DNA of 64,000 nucleotides from Xanthobacteraceae bacterium (GTDB lineage Bacteria > Pseudomonadota > Alphaproteobacteria > Rhizobiales > Xanthobacteraceae), in contig JBEKGX010000020.1 in assembly GCA_050012575.1 (NCBI GenBank), positions 2,831 through 66,830 of the forward strand, read 5' to 3'. Positions 1 through 10,236 of the stretch are shown piece after piece; position 1 is the stretch's first letter; every line of letters begins with the position of its first letter. The notes beneath the pieces were generated by a model. The model was given only the letters and a program-made list of their open reading frames with translations. It was not told where the DNA came from and ran no database searches. The translations under genes were made by a program, and so were the position numbers.

Positions 1-135
1 GCGCGCACCCGCTCGCCGTTGGGTACGATGACGATCGCTCCGCCGTCGTTAGCACTTCGCTGCGCGAAGGCTGGAACAGAAGTGAGGGCAGCGCCGAGAA
101 CCAGCGCGGCGAAGCCTATGGTGATTTTGAGCCGC
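1..135 (-). CDS. hypothetical exported protein, 5' end only (gene continues past the left edge)
   Basis: Own translation of the reverse complement: ATG at 135-133, then MRLKITIGFAALVLGAALTSVPAFAQRSANDGG..., a canonical signal peptide. Truncated by the window edge, so absent from the ORF track. Confidence 0.4.
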
Positions 136-724
136 ATGTTTTGTTATTCCTTGTTGATATCTGCGCGTCGTCTCAGCGAGGGAGGAAGCGGTGGCCAGCG
201 CATATTGTTCCCTTCATTCACTGCAACGTGCTTGGAGCCGTCCTAATTCCGAGACTTCTGTCTAAAACTTGACCTCGCAACTGTGCTAATCAATCCTATG
301 TACGCTGCATCACCGAAAAGCAGCCGCGTGTCAGGCGTCGGTGACTGACCCTCGGGCGTGCTCTCGCTCGGCATTTTGACGCAGAACATGGCCGCGGACG
401 GGTCGATGGGGAGCGTCTTGTTTGTGCGCTTTTCGGCGAATCCTGGCCGAGCTTTGGGCCGCGCCGCTGGCGATTTCCTTTTTGACTTGATCGACGGCGG
501 CGGTGCGAGCTAGGCGGTAGGCTTCGCCAACACCGGATCGCAACAGCACGGAGCCTCGTCTGCGTCTTCGCAAAAGCTGCAAATTTTTCTCAATCTTAAA
601 CGCATCGACTGGCAATCACATCCTGTCGACCTGTTCAGAAATGAAAATCTCGTCGTCCCCCATTGGATCACAAATCCCTTATTCCTCGGGGCGATCAAAT
701 AACTAATGGCGATGGGCATCGTGA

Positions 725-1003
725 TTGAAGCGGCCTCTAGGCATTGGTTGGCTTCCCGTTTCGGTCCAAACTCACTCGGTGGAGTACCGAGGCATACGAT
801 ATACCATCCGCGTTCGGATCGAACGGGAACAACGGTCGGTGGCCGTTCACCCTGGGGGCGTTGAGATCGCGGGGAAGGTAATTACTGGGACGCGTAAAGA
901 CGCAGAATTGCACGCTCATTTCTTGATAGACAAATGGCTAGAAAAGACCCCACGCAAAAACACTAAAGTCCCATCAAAAATTTATGACAACCAGCACGCA
1001 TAG
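725..1003 (+). CDS. hypothetical small protein (92 aa)
   Basis: ORF track (TTG start). Overlaps the next ORF by 20 nt, which suggests coupling. No domain recognised; coding status unproven. Confidence 0.35.
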   Translation: MKRPLGIGWLPVSVQTHSVEYRGIRYTIRVRIEREQRSVAVHPGGVEIAGKVITGTRKDAELHAHFLIDKWLEKTPRKNTKVPSKIYDNQHA

Positions 1004-1181
1004 TCATCACGGATACGAACTTGTGCTTCACCACGAGAGCGATGACCGTTATCAGGTCATGGTTTTCGATCCCAAGGGTAATCGTATCGCTTCGACCGGC
1101 ATGCACTTGGAGCGACAGGGCGCTCTTAATGAGGCGTCGCGATATGTCGATCACCTTCTCGCGCAACGACGGGCCACATGA
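984..1181 (+). CDS. hypothetical small protein (65 aa), possible paralogue of the preceding ORF
   Basis: ATG inside the end of ORF 725-1003. The pattern GYELVL..YQVMVFDPKGN..A..YVDHLL parallels EYRGIRYTIRV..VAVHPGG..A..FLIDKWL in the neighbour. Confidence 0.35.
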   Translation: MTTSTHSHHGYELVLHHESDDRYQVMVFDPKGNRIASTGMHLERQGALNEASRYVDHLLAQRRAT

Positions 1182-1335
1182 GGCGTGCGCGCCGCCCGGC
1201 TTCTCGTTTGCGAGACTGAGGACGTCCGGGATTGCTTCTTTGCGACACATCGCTGCGCCGCCAGCGGCACCGGGCAACGCAGGGAACGAAGGGAAAACTA
1301 TCCGTACGTCCAAGCCGGCGGAGCTATTTACTAAT

Positions 1336-1896
1336 CTATCCTGTCCATCCCCGCTGCCACGCGCTTGGAGCTTTCGCATCAATCAGAACAAATGCTATTC
1401 GACAGTTCTTTTCGCTCTTATTGACCCAAGCGTGGTTAGTGCTCTGTTGAACCAAGATATCGCCGCTCTTCACATGGACTTCTGAATCGTCCATGAGCAT
1501 GTCGATTTCGCCATCGAGTACGATCGCGTAGTCGATGCTTTTAGTTCTATGCGTATTAGGATGTCTGGCGTAGCCCTGAGTCGCAGGACCGATACCCATC
1601 GCTATCAGCACCCTGTCATGATCGACAGGCGAAGGCACGGCCGCGTTGGCAGCAGGCGGAAAATCGACAATACGAAACACTGTCCCGTTTGGCGGCGGCG
1701 GCACACCTGTTTGCGTCTCACCGCGATCTCCTGCTCCGTTGACGTCCACGGGAAATTCGCTGGTCACCCAAAGCGTCGTCACTGCGTTTCCGCCGGTGCT
1801 GCGTTGTTTCGGTTTCAGATCGCCATCATATAACGCGACTGCCTTTCCAGCTCGATCATGACCGATCACGACGCGTCTGACGGGTTTGAAGTCCAC
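1336..1896 (-). CDS. cupin domain protein
   Basis: 186-aa ORF. C-terminal HRTKSIDYAIVLDGEIDMLMDDSEVHVKSGDILVQQSTNHAW is a typical cupin beta-barrel motif region. Confidence 0.75.
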   Translation of the reverse strand: MDFKPVRRVVIGHDRAGKAVALYDGDLKPKQRSTGGNAVTTLWVTSEFPVDVNGAGDRGETQTGVPPPPNGTVFRIVDFPPAANAAVPSPVDHDRVLIAMGIGPATQGYARHPNTHRTKSIDYAIVLDGEIDMLMDDSEVHVKSGDILVQQSTNHAWVNKSEKNCRIAFVLIDAKAPSAWQRGWTG

Positions 1897-2122
1897 ATTT
1901 TCCTCCCCTGCTAAGATACAAACAGCCGCGCGGCCCTCGATGTGGTTATTGCTGCGGAATCACCGGCAGTAACAGATGCGAAGGCCGTCTCACATCGTGA
2001 TAGATCTTGTGCAACGTCGTCCGGCTACTCACGATATGATTAGGAATGTATTCGGTGTTAGTCGCGCCGGCGAGTCCGTCCAATGTCCGCTTTCCCTCCT
2101 CCGAAAGCGGACTCTAGGCCAG

Positions 2123-3493
2123 TCAGCGCATTTTCAAAACAATGACCTGATCGCTGCTGGGATCGGTTGCCGGCCGCAATTTCTTGACCTGATCTGTCGA
2201 TACAGCTCCGGCATCATTTCCCCAAGAGCCGCGCACAAAAGACAGGACTTCCGCGATCTGCTCATCGTTCAACTGAACGCGGAACTGCGGCATGCGGTAC
2301 GCATCCGGCACGCCTTTTACGACAAGCGGTTCCGCGCCGTTCAGCACGAGATTGATGAGCGACGACGCGTTCGGGTCGAGCACGGCCGGGTTGCCTGCCA
2401 GCGGTGGCATGAATGGCGCCTGCCCTTTGCCGTCAGCGCCATGGCAAGCGGCGCATGAACCGAGAAATGTCGCGGCACCTGCCTGTTGCACTTCACCACC
2501 TTGCAGCGATTTTGCTGTTTTATCGTCGTAAGCGAACTGGCTTTGGTCTGCCGTCGCCGGCAGCGACTTGAGGAAAACAGCCATCGCCTTGGTATCGTCG
2601 TCGGTCAGGTACGGCGTGCTGTTGTTCACCACATCGAGCATCGAGCCGAAAGCGACACCTTTGTCGTTGTGGCCGCTTTTCAGCAATGCATCGACATCCT
2701 CAACAGACCATCCGCCGAGACCGGTGCGCATATCGCCCCGCAGGTTCGGCGCGGACCACGCATCAAGCTCGGCGCCCTGCAAATACGAAGAGTCGCTATC
2801 GTCGAGCGCTTTTTCCTCGATGGCCCAACCGCGCGGCGTGTGGCAAGCGCCACAATGGCCAAGCCCCTCGACGAGGTAGGCGCCGCGATTCCACTGCGCA
2901 TCATGATCTTGATGGACGGCAAAGCCGGTCTTCGGTGCGAAAACCGCATTCCAGATCGCCAACGGCCAGCGCGGGCTCAAATACCAGGGAATTTCATTCG
3001 GCTTGTTCGGTTGCCTTACGGCCGGGACGTCTTTCATGAAGAACGTGTAGAGCGCTTTCATATCCTCATCGGTGATCTTGGCGTAGGAGGGGTAGGGCAT
3101 CGCTGGATAAAGGCGATGTCCATCCTTGGCGACGCCCGAGCGGACTGCGCGATCAAAATCCTCCAGCGAATAATTGCCGATGCCCGTTTCGGGATCCGGA
3201 GTGATGTTGGTCGAATAGATCACCCCCATAGGGGTCCCCATCCGCAAGCCACCGGCAAAGGCCTTGCCGCCGCGGATGGAGTGGCAGGAGACGCAATCGC
3301 CGGCGCGCGCGAGATACTCGCCTTTGTTGGTTGGCGTCCCCGTCTGCTGTGCATGCGAAGGGGAACTGCTGCCTGCCAGAAACAGGGTGAGGGCAGAATT
3401 TTGAATCCGCTCATAATCTTTTGAACAACCCTTAAGCGAGCGCCTGACTGCGCTACCCAATAAATCGGACTGCGTTTTCGTGCGGACCGGCAA
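2123..3493 (-). CDS. triheme cytochrome c subunit of a molybdo-hydroxylase / aldehyde dehydrogenase complex
   Basis: Three CxxCH motifs (CVSCH, CGACH, CAACH). Last gene of an operon with the Mo and 2Fe-2S subunits. Confidence 0.9.
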   Translation of the reverse strand: MPVRTKTQSDLLGSAVRRSLKGCSKDYERIQNSALTLFLAGSSSPSHAQQTGTPTNKGEYLARAGDCVSCHSIRGGKAFAGGLRMGTPMGVIYSTNITPDPETGIGNYSLEDFDRAVRSGVAKDGHRLYPAMPYPSYAKITDEDMKALYTFFMKDVPAVRQPNKPNEIPWYLSPRWPLAIWNAVFAPKTGFAVHQDHDAQWNRGAYLVEGLGHCGACHTPRGWAIEEKALDDSDSSYLQGAELDAWSAPNLRGDMRTGLGGWSVEDVDALLKSGHNDKGVAFGSMLDVVNNSTPYLTDDDTKAMAVFLKSLPATADQSQFAYDDKTAKSLQGGEVQQAGAATFLGSCAACHGADGKGQAPFMPPLAGNPAVLDPNASSLINLVLNGAEPLVVKGVPDAYRMPQFRVQLNDEQIAEVLSFVRGSWGNDAGAVSTDQVKKLRPATDPSSDQVIVLKMR

Positions 3494-3504
3494 ACGGTGC
3501 CGCT

Positions 3505-5691
3505 CTAAACCGCGCTGTACGACAAGTCGTGGTCCATGATCGGCAGCGTGCGGATGCGTTTGCCGGTCGCGGCGAAAATCGCATTTGCGACGGCACCGGC
3601 GATTGGCGGCGTTGCGGGCTCGCCCGCACCGCCCCAGACCTTTCCACCGCTGGGGACCAGATGGACGTCGATCTTTGGCGCTTCTGCCAACCGCACCATC
3701 CGGTAGGTATCAAAATTTCCCTGCACCGGAACGCCGCCTTTGATCGTAATCTTTCCGTACAGCGCGGCCGTCAGACCGAAGATCACGCTGCCTTCGGCCT
3801 GTTCGGCAATCGTCAGCGGATTGACCATGTAGCGTGTATCGAGGGCGACGGTGACGCGATTCACTTTCACGTCGCCATTCGGTCTGACGGTGACCTCGGC
3901 GACCTGCGCACACAGGCTGTCAGTGTCTTCGCAGATCGCGATGCCGCGGGCGGTGCCGCGGGGCAGGGGTTTGCCCCAATCGCCTTTCTCCGCCGCGGTA
4001 TCGAGCACCTTGAGCCAGTCCGGCTTTCCTTCAAGAAGCTTTCGCCGCACCTGGTAGGGATCGAGGCCGCTGGCGGACGCGATCTCGTCGAGGAAGCTCT
4101 CAATCGCGAACACGTGCTGGTTCGCGCCCGGTGCGCGCCAGAACCAGACCGGCAGGTGCGTATTCTTGATCAGCGCTTCAACGCGGGTGTTCGGCACCTT
4201 GTAGCCGTTGTCAGCCAATCCTGCGACAGCCTGCGGCTCCGGGCCCTTGGCCGGCGGATTTCTGCCCACACTTGCCAAGATTGATGAGGTGACGACGCGC
4301 ATCGACCACGCAATTGGCAAACCGTCAGAGCCGGCAGCAGCCTTGAAGGCGACAACAGCATGCGGGCGGAATTTGTCCTGGCGTGTATCTTCCTCGCGGG
4401 TCCACACCAGCTTCACCGGTTTCTGAACGACTTTGGCGATTGCAATGGCCTGTTCGATCTCATCGCTTGCGTCACGCCTTCCGAAGCCGCCGCCGACAAA
4501 ACAGTTGTGCACATAAACCTGCTCCGGCTTGAGACCTGAGGCCTTGGCCGCGGCTTCCGTTGCTTCATCCGCTGCCTGCGTTCCGACCCAGACATCGAGA
4601 CGGTCGGGTTGCAGGTGCACCGTCGCGTTCATCGGCTCCATCGGCGAATGCGAAAGATAAGGTGTCTCGTAAATCGCCTCGAATGTCTTCGCGGCGCCCG
4701 ACATCGCCTGATCGACGTCGCCGTCATTGCGCGCAGTCGCCATCGTCTCGCTAAGTGCGGTGTGAAACGCCTGGGAGAGTTGGTCGCTGTCAACGGAGCC
4801 TGCCGCGCCGACGTCCCATTCCGGCTGCAGCCGCGCGAGCGCCTGTTTTGCGCGCCAGTAGCTGCCGGCGGCGACCACGGCGACTGCGTTATCGAGCCGA
4901 ACCACCTGAAGTACGCCGGGCGCGCCGGCGAGTGCTGAGTCGTCGACATTTTTCAGTTTGCCGCCCGCAACGGGGCAGGCATTGATCGCGGCGAAAACCA
5001 TGCCCGGTAGCTGTGCGTCGATACCGAATTTTGCCGAACCATCGATCTTGTGCACCACGTCGATGCGCGGCATCGGCGTGCCGATGAATGTGAACTTGTC
5101 GGGCGTCTTGATCGCGGGTTCCTGTGCCAGCTTGATCTTCGCTGCATCCGCGGTCAGTTCGCCATAGCGCAGCGTCCGTCCCGACGGACCGTGGCTGACG
5201 ATACTCGATGCCGCTGTGCATTCCGACGCCGGCACATTCCATCGCGCGGCCGCAGCCGCGATCAGGCGTTCGCGCGCACTGGCGCCGACCTGCTGCATCT
5301 TCTTTTGCGTTCCCCGCACGGTGCGGCTGCCGGCCGAGACCATGGGACCGTAAAGCTTGTTTTCGCGGACATTGCGGTTGGCGGAAGCGTATTCGACACG
5401 GACCTTCGACCAATCGCAGTGCAGCTCTTCGGTAATGATCATCGGAAGCGCAGTCATGCTTCCCTGGCCCATCTCCGAGCGCGGATAACGGATCAGGATG
5501 GAATCGTCGGGATCGATGGCGATCCACGCGTCGATCTCGTTGGCGGCGTAGGCGTTGTCTTCGTTCCAGGGCTGCGCGACGACTGTCGCGGCTTCTGCAA
5601 TCGCGGGCGCGGCGCCAATGCCGATCATAAGACCGCCGGCCGCGCTTGTTGCGGTAAGGATGAAGTGGCGGCGGGTGAGATTCGCGTTCAT
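3505..5691 (-). CDS. molybdopterin-binding large subunit (IorB / aldehyde oxidase-xanthine dehydrogenase family)
   Basis: 728 aa. Twin-arginine signal [34 protein letters not shown]. Family-typical sequence throughout. Confidence 0.9.
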   Translation of the reverse strand: MNANLTRRHFILTATSAAGGLMIGIGAAPAIAEAATVVAQPWNEDNAYAANEIDAWIAIDPDDSILIRYPRSEMGQGSMTALPMIITEELHCDWSKVRVEYASANRNVRENKLYGPMVSAGSRTVRGTQKKMQQVGASARERLIAAAAARWNVPASECTAASSIVSHGPSGRTLRYGELTADAAKIKLAQEPAIKTPDKFTFIGTPMPRIDVVHKIDGSAKFGIDAQLPGMVFAAINACPVAGGKLKNVDDSALAGAPGVLQVVRLDNAVAVVAAGSYWRAKQALARLQPEWDVGAAGSVDSDQLSQAFHTALSETMATARNDGDVDQAMSGAAKTFEAIYETPYLSHSPMEPMNATVHLQPDRLDVWVGTQAADEATEAAAKASGLKPEQVYVHNCFVGGGFGRRDASDEIEQAIAIAKVVQKPVKLVWTREEDTRQDKFRPHAVVAFKAAAGSDGLPIAWSMRVVTSSILASVGRNPPAKGPEPQAVAGLADNGYKVPNTRVEALIKNTHLPVWFWRAPGANQHVFAIESFLDEIASASGLDPYQVRRKLLEGKPDWLKVLDTAAEKGDWGKPLPRGTARGIAICEDTDSLCAQVAEVTVRPNGDVKVNRVTVALDTRYMVNPLTIAEQAEGSVIFGLTAALYGKITIKGGVPVQGNFDTYRMVRLAEAPKIDVHLVPSGGKVWGGAGEPATPPIAGAVANAIFAATGKRIRTLPIMDHDLSYSAV

Positions 5692-5701
5692 TGCTGTACC
5701 C

Positions 5702-6157
5702 TCACGCTTTCATCAGATCGGCGGCGCGATGGATCGCGCGGCGAAGCCGTTCATAAGTTCCGCAACGGCAGATATTGGTGATGTTCGCATCGATCTCGGC
5801 ATCGGTTGGATTCGGGTATTGTTTGAGAAATGAGACTGTCGCCATGATTTGTCCGGATTGGCAGTAGCCGCATTGCGGCACGTCTTCGACCAGCCATGCC
5901 TGCTGCACCGGGTGCTTGCCATCAGGCGAAAGCCCTTCGATGGTGACGATGCTCGCGCCGGACAAGGTGCCGATTGGTACCGAGCAGGAGCGCATCGCTC
6001 TCCCATTAATATGGACGGTACAGGCCCCGCACTGCGCGATCCCGCAGCCGAATTTCGTGCCGGTCAGCCCGACGGCATCGCGCAATGCCCAGAGCAGGGG
6101 TGTATCGGGTTCCAGATCGATGTCGTGCTGCGTTCCATTGACCGTGAGCGTGATCAT
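5702..6157 (-). CDS. [2Fe-2S]-binding small subunit (IorA-like)
   Basis: Motifs [18 protein letters not shown] and ICRCGTY. First gene of the operon. Confidence 0.9.
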   Translation of the reverse strand: MITLTVNGTQHDIDLEPDTPLLWALRDAVGLTGTKFGCGIAQCGACTVHINGRAMRSCSVPIGTLSGASIVTIEGLSPDGKHPVQQAWLVEDVPQCGYCQSGQIMATVSFLKQYPNPTDAEIDANITNICRCGTYERLRRAIHRAADLMKA

Positions 6158-6597
6158 TTGGGCTCTTCTTCGGTTGGAAACCGGACCTTGCGGGTCAATA
6201 CGGCCTCAGGCTGGTCGGGGAAGACCACATCTTATTGAATCAATTAGGCAAGCCAATCACGGTTCCATTAAATCCGTCACGGAGATCCGGCGTAAATTCC
6301 ATAGTCATGCCGGCGGATCCCCGCGTCTCAACGGCAATTCCCCATTATCGCGGCCCCTCGCGTGCGCAAGGCGTCGAGTTCCGCCTATGCCGCTTCGGCG
6401 GACAGGCCGGCGCAACTAGCCCTTCATCCGGGATACGCACTCTGCACTTAGTGCATGCGTGCGTTGCGTCCCTGTCCGGGGTAGTTTTGATAGAAATCAA
6501 ATTGTCGCGGCCTTGCGAAGCGCCAAATTCTTCCCATCATTCGTCATGAGCGCGGCGCTGGCCCGCCATGACGCTTCACAATGCAAGGGAGCGCCAA

Positions 6598-7878
6598 ATG
6601 CCAGTGAACCCACAATCAACCCGCCTGGTATCCTTGATGTGTATGGTCGCGGCCGTTTCGTTGCTGCTTGTTGCCGCAGCGCCGGCGCCGGCCACCGCTG
6701 AAGAGCCGATCAAGATCGGCTTCGGTATGTCGCTCACCGGCCCGCTCGCCGCCAACGGTAAGATGTCGCTGGTGGCGATGCAGGTCTGGGAATCCGACAT
6801 CAACGCCGAGGGAGGCCTGCTCGGGCGGCCGGTTAAGCTTGTCTACTACGATGACCAGAGCAAACCAGCGGAAGTGCCCGCCATCTATTCGAAGCTGCTC
6901 GATATCGACAAGGTCGATCTGATCGTGAGCGGCTATGCCTCGACCCAGATTGCCGCGGCTATGCCGATCGCGATCGGGAGGAAAAAACTGCTCGTGAGCC
7001 TGTTCGGCACTGGCATCAACGACACGTTCAAATACGACAAATATTTCGCGATGATCCCCAATGGGCCGACGCCGAAGCCGGCCTTCACGCGCGGCTTCTT
7101 CAAAGTGGCCGAAGCGCAAAATCCGAAGCCGCAGACCATCGCGCTGGCCTATGCGGACGCCGAATTCGGGCAGAACGCCTGCGAGGGCGCGCGCGAGAAC
7201 GCCAAGGCGTCCGGGTTGAACATCGTCTACGACAAGAGCTATCCGCCATCGACGGTCGATTTCACGCCGATCGTGCGCGCGATCCAGGCCAGGAACCCGG
7301 ACCTACTGGTGATCTGCTCCTATCCGCTCGACACCGTCGGTATGATCAGAGCGATCCATGAGCTCGGCCTCAAACCAAAGATGTGGGGCGGGGCGATGGT
7401 CGGGCTGCAGGCGACCGCGTTCAAAACCCAGCTTGGGCCGCTGCTCAATGGCGTCGTCAACTACGAGACCTGGCTACCGGTGAAGTCGATGGAGTTTCCC
7501 GGCTCGATGGAGCTGCTCAAGAAATATCAGCAGCGCGCCGCAGCCGCCGGCACCGACCCGCTCGGTTACTACATGCCGGTGTGGGCCTATGCCGACCTAC
7601 AGGTGCTTGGCGAGGCGATCGCCGCGACCAAGAGCCTCAATGACGACGTGCTCGCCGCGTATATGCACCAGAACACGTTCAAAACGGTGGTCGGCGACGT
7701 CAAATTCGGGTCGCTCGGCGAATGGACGGAGGAACGCACGCTGGCCGCCCAATTCCAGAACATCAAGAGCAACAGCATCGATGAGTTCCGCGATACGAAA
7801 ACGGAAGTGATTATTTATCCCGCGCAATTCAAAAGCGGCGAGGCGATCTATCCTTACGAAAACGCTATGGTGAAGTAG
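6598..7878 (+). CDS. ABC transporter substrate-binding protein, Leu/Ile/Val-binding (type 1 PBP) family
   Basis: ORF 6568-7878. ATG at 6598 is preceded by AAGGGAG and followed by a signal peptide (..VAAVSLLLVAAAPAPATA). Confidence 0.85.
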   Translation: MPVNPQSTRLVSLMCMVAAVSLLLVAAAPAPATAEEPIKIGFGMSLTGPLAANGKMSLVAMQVWESDINAEGGLLGRPVKLVYYDDQSKPAEVPAIYSKLLDIDKVDLIVSGYASTQIAAAMPIAIGRKKLLVSLFGTGINDTFKYDKYFAMIPNGPTPKPAFTRGFFKVAEAQNPKPQTIALAYADAEFGQNACEGARENAKASGLNIVYDKSYPPSTVDFTPIVRAIQARNPDLLVICSYPLDTVGMIRAIHELGLKPKMWGGAMVGLQATAFKTQLGPLLNGVVNYETWLPVKSMEFPGSMELLKKYQQRAAAAGTDPLGYYMPVWAYADLQVLGEAIAATKSLNDDVLAAYMHQNTFKTVVGDVKFGSLGEWTEERTLAAQFQNIKSNSIDEFRDTKTEVIIYPAQFKSGEAIYPYENAMVK

Positions 7879-8018
7879 GCGACTGTAGCCCCGATGGAGC
7901 GCGGCAAAATCCGGGACAAACCTAGCCTCTTCAGTGGATCGCCAAACAGGCGTTTTGCACGGCAGAGGCCCCCATCTTGCCAAGTTCGGTCTAAGGCGAA
8001 CAAAGGCGAACAAGGTCT

Positions 8019-8031
8019 TTGGCGGAGGGAG
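8019..8031 (-). repeat. 13-nt exact copy of the 3' end (acceptor + CCA) of tRNA-Ser(GGA)
   Basis: TTGGCGGAGGGAG is identical to 34336-34348 in the same orientation. The ~28 nt to its left also resemble the flank left of the intact tRNA. Confidence 0.7.
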
Positions 8032-8097
8032 CGTCTGCACCGGAGCGTAAATTGCGAAGGAATATCAATCGGCTACGGAATCGCTTTGTTTCGTACC

Positions 8098-8150
8098 CGC
8101 AAATTCACCCATGAAGAATCGCCGGATTGCTGCGATCAAGGGCGAAGGCC
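8098..8150. repeat. dispersed repeat, copy a (core CAAATTCACCCATGAAGAA...GCGATCAAGGGCGAAGGCC)
   Basis: Aligns by eye with copies at 10005-10057, 23009-23070, 30904-30944 and 34191-34244, all in the same orientation. Confidence 0.65.
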
Positions 8151-8371
8151 AGTGACATCCTCCAGCTGGTGGCACAGACGATGGCCCTTGCTGCATTGAC
8201 CGTTGAACTGCGCGAAGCAGAAAAAGAAAAGGCACCGCGGCGAGTCGTAAGGAACTCCGCCGCCGCGCAAGGCTATGGTGAACCTAGAGAGCCGTCGTCA
8301 CTGCTTTGACCTCAGTGTAGTTGTTGAGGACGAATTCGGCCATCTCGCGAGATATTCTGCCTCGAGACGCT

Positions 8372-9159
8372 TCAGATTATCCTTAGCCCCGGGAAAATAT
8401 CATCAATCGTTTCTTCAAATTTGCAATCACTGTCCAAGTTCTGCCGAGCTCTAGTTACTGCCTTCGCAAGCGCGTGCGGACCTGCCGTCGATCGCTGTGC
8501 GCTCTTAGGGATGCATTTCTGCAACTTGTCAACGAGCCGGACAAATGGTGACATTTCCTCCTTTTGTCCCTTTTGCTTGTCTGAATCATTCCGCGCCCGA
8601 TACGGCAATCCATGCTCTTTAAGAATGATTGTTAGCGCTCGAATCCACCAGTTCCAGATAAAACCGTGCTCATACGTTGGATATTGATTGTTTGAAATAG
8701 ACACGCGTACGAATTCGCAAACTTCGTCGGCCGCAAGGAGGGTGTGCATCAATAAATAAAAGAGGGAGGCAGGATGCACTGGATCCATCTTATTCAAGGC
8801 GCCTATAAAATATTTTTCTTGGATCGCGGCTAGGCGGGCCGGACCCCTTAGCTTTGCATCAATTGGCCCTTTCTCACCAACGAATGCTTTAATTGGGAGT
8901 ATTTGTTTGATGTCGTTCACGGCACGTTGAAGCTTCGAAAGCTTAGAGCAAAACTCAGGAACGGACGTCGCGTGCTCCACTGGAGCAGCAGCTGTATAAA
9001 GGGCTGTTGAAAGCTGTATCTTGATCCAGACCTGTCTCGGCAGTTCACCCTGCCGTAGGCCTCTTCAATACTTTCGATCTGATCGGGACTGAATGGCTCC
9101 CATTCTCCCTGCTCAGGTATCGTCGGAATCCGCAGTTTTCGAGTTGGCATAATTAGCAC
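8372..9159 (-). pseudogene. orphan hypothetical gene, apparently frameshifted (or two overlapping ORFs, 8917-9159 and 8372-8980)
   Basis: ORF 8917-9159 starts plausibly (MPTRKLRIPTIPEQGEWEPFSPDQIESIEEAYGR) and then degenerates. The frame of ORF 8372-8980 is open upstream to 9064 (..GLRQGELPRQVWIKIQLSTALYTAAAPVEHATS..), so one indel near 9040-9065 would join them into ~260 aa. AT-richer than the flanks; no domain recognised. Confidence 0.45.
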
Positions 9160-9311
9160 CTATCTCAGGATCCTATCTTACGCTTGCTTCAGCCCGAGCA
9201 CGCGGGACTTATCGCCCACATCAACGACTGCCAAAAAGTCCCGCACGTGGTTAGTGGAGCGTGTTAGGAGCGCTGCTGTTCCCGAACTTGAAACAATGAA
9301 AGGATCTAACG

Positions 9312-9620
9312 ATGAAGAAGCGTGAGACCAAACCGGCGACCCCACCCGCAGAAGAGTCCCTGGGTCATGGCAACCACTGGTTCCAGCGAGTTGAGCCAAA
9401 TGGCGCGGCGGTGCTCGCTGACAAAATCGCGCGTTGCACAGTTGTTGTGAAGAATTTTGGCCCCGCTGAAGTGAAGATTTCGGCCTATGGCGCTATAATG
9501 CTCCTCAGTGCTGGCGAGGTGCGCGGCACGGAGGCCTGGGGTGACGTCACGGTCCAAAATCAATACGACGAGCCGGCTTTGATCGCGTTCGATTTTGTTC
9601 CATCTCTCAAGTCGCGCTGA
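9312..9620 (+). CDS. orphan hypothetical protein (102 aa)
   Basis: ATG preceded by GAAAGGA. Followed 10 nt downstream by a strong intrinsic terminator. Divergent from 8372-9159. Confidence 0.6.
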   Translation: MKKRETKPATPPAEESLGHGNHWFQRVEPNGAAVLADKIARCTVVVKNFGPAEVKISAYGAIMLLSAGEVRGTEAWGDVTVQNQYDEPALIAFDFVPSLKSR

Positions 9621-9630
9621 CGTTCCTCGA

Positions 9631-9661
9631 GAGCCTCGGTCAAAGCCCGAGGCTCTTTTTC
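9631..9661 (+). terminator. rho-independent terminator
   Basis: GAGCCTCGG-tcaaagc-CCGAGGCTC: a perfect 9-bp stem followed by TTTTTC. Confidence 0.75.
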
Positions 9662-9926
9662 TGTAAGCCTCATGGAAATTCCGCAGTGTCGGTCCCAGCC
9701 TCGCAGATATTTAGCGCTGCTTCCCACAGCGCGAGCTTGGCCGATGCATCGTCCGAAACCGTATCTTGGCGGAAAAGTACATAGCCTCAGAGAGAAACAG
9801 CATGAGAGAGAGCGTTCTTGCATGCTGACGGTTTTTCGGAGTCTAGAGGTTCATCGGCCAAGAAGCCAAAATACGCGCGTCTAACTGCCGTCTCCTGCGG
9901 TCGGAGAAGGAGTTCCCGAAAAGACC

Positions 9927-9940
9927 TGGCGGAGGGAGTG
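9927..9940 (-). repeat. 14-nt exact copy of the 3' end of tRNA-Ser(GGA)
   Basis: TGGCGGAGGGAGTG is identical to 34337-34350 in the same orientation. The following ~170 nt align with the sequence after the 8019 copy. Confidence 0.7.
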
Positions 9941-10004
9941 TCTTCCAGAAACGCGAAAATCACATGTGATATCAGACCATTATGAATCCACTCGCGCTCG
10001 CACC

Positions 10005-10057
10005 CTCAAAGCTACCCACGAAGTGTGGGCGGATTTCAGCGATCAATGGCGAACGCC
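10005..10057. repeat. dispersed repeat, copy b
   Basis: CTCAAAGCTACCCACGAAGTGTGGGCGGATTTCAGCGATCAATGGCGAACGCC aligns with copy a at roughly three quarters identity. Confidence 0.65.
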
Positions 10058-10236
10058 AGCGGCGATCTTGCCATTGACGCTGTTCTTCGAGGTATTGTTC
10101 CGGCCACAAGTCTAATGCCAGTGCGCAGCTTGATGTTATCGATCGGGCCTCAGTACGCAGGATTCTGCGGACGGTTGATGTATCAATGTCTCGACAGCGT
10201 GCAGCGACTAACCGGCGGCCTGCAATCCGTTTATGA

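Noticed and set aside
331-615. ORF 331-615 (-, 94 aa)
   Set aside because: Highly basic, no motif, no clear RBS, and it overlaps another equally weak ORF (510-719). Evidence is insufficient to call it.
7597-8309. ORFs 7597-8040 (-), 7894-8199 (+) and 8127-8309 (+)
   Set aside because: The first is antisense to the binding-protein gene. The other two span the tRNA-derived repeat and dispersed repeat copy a, and have low-complexity translations.
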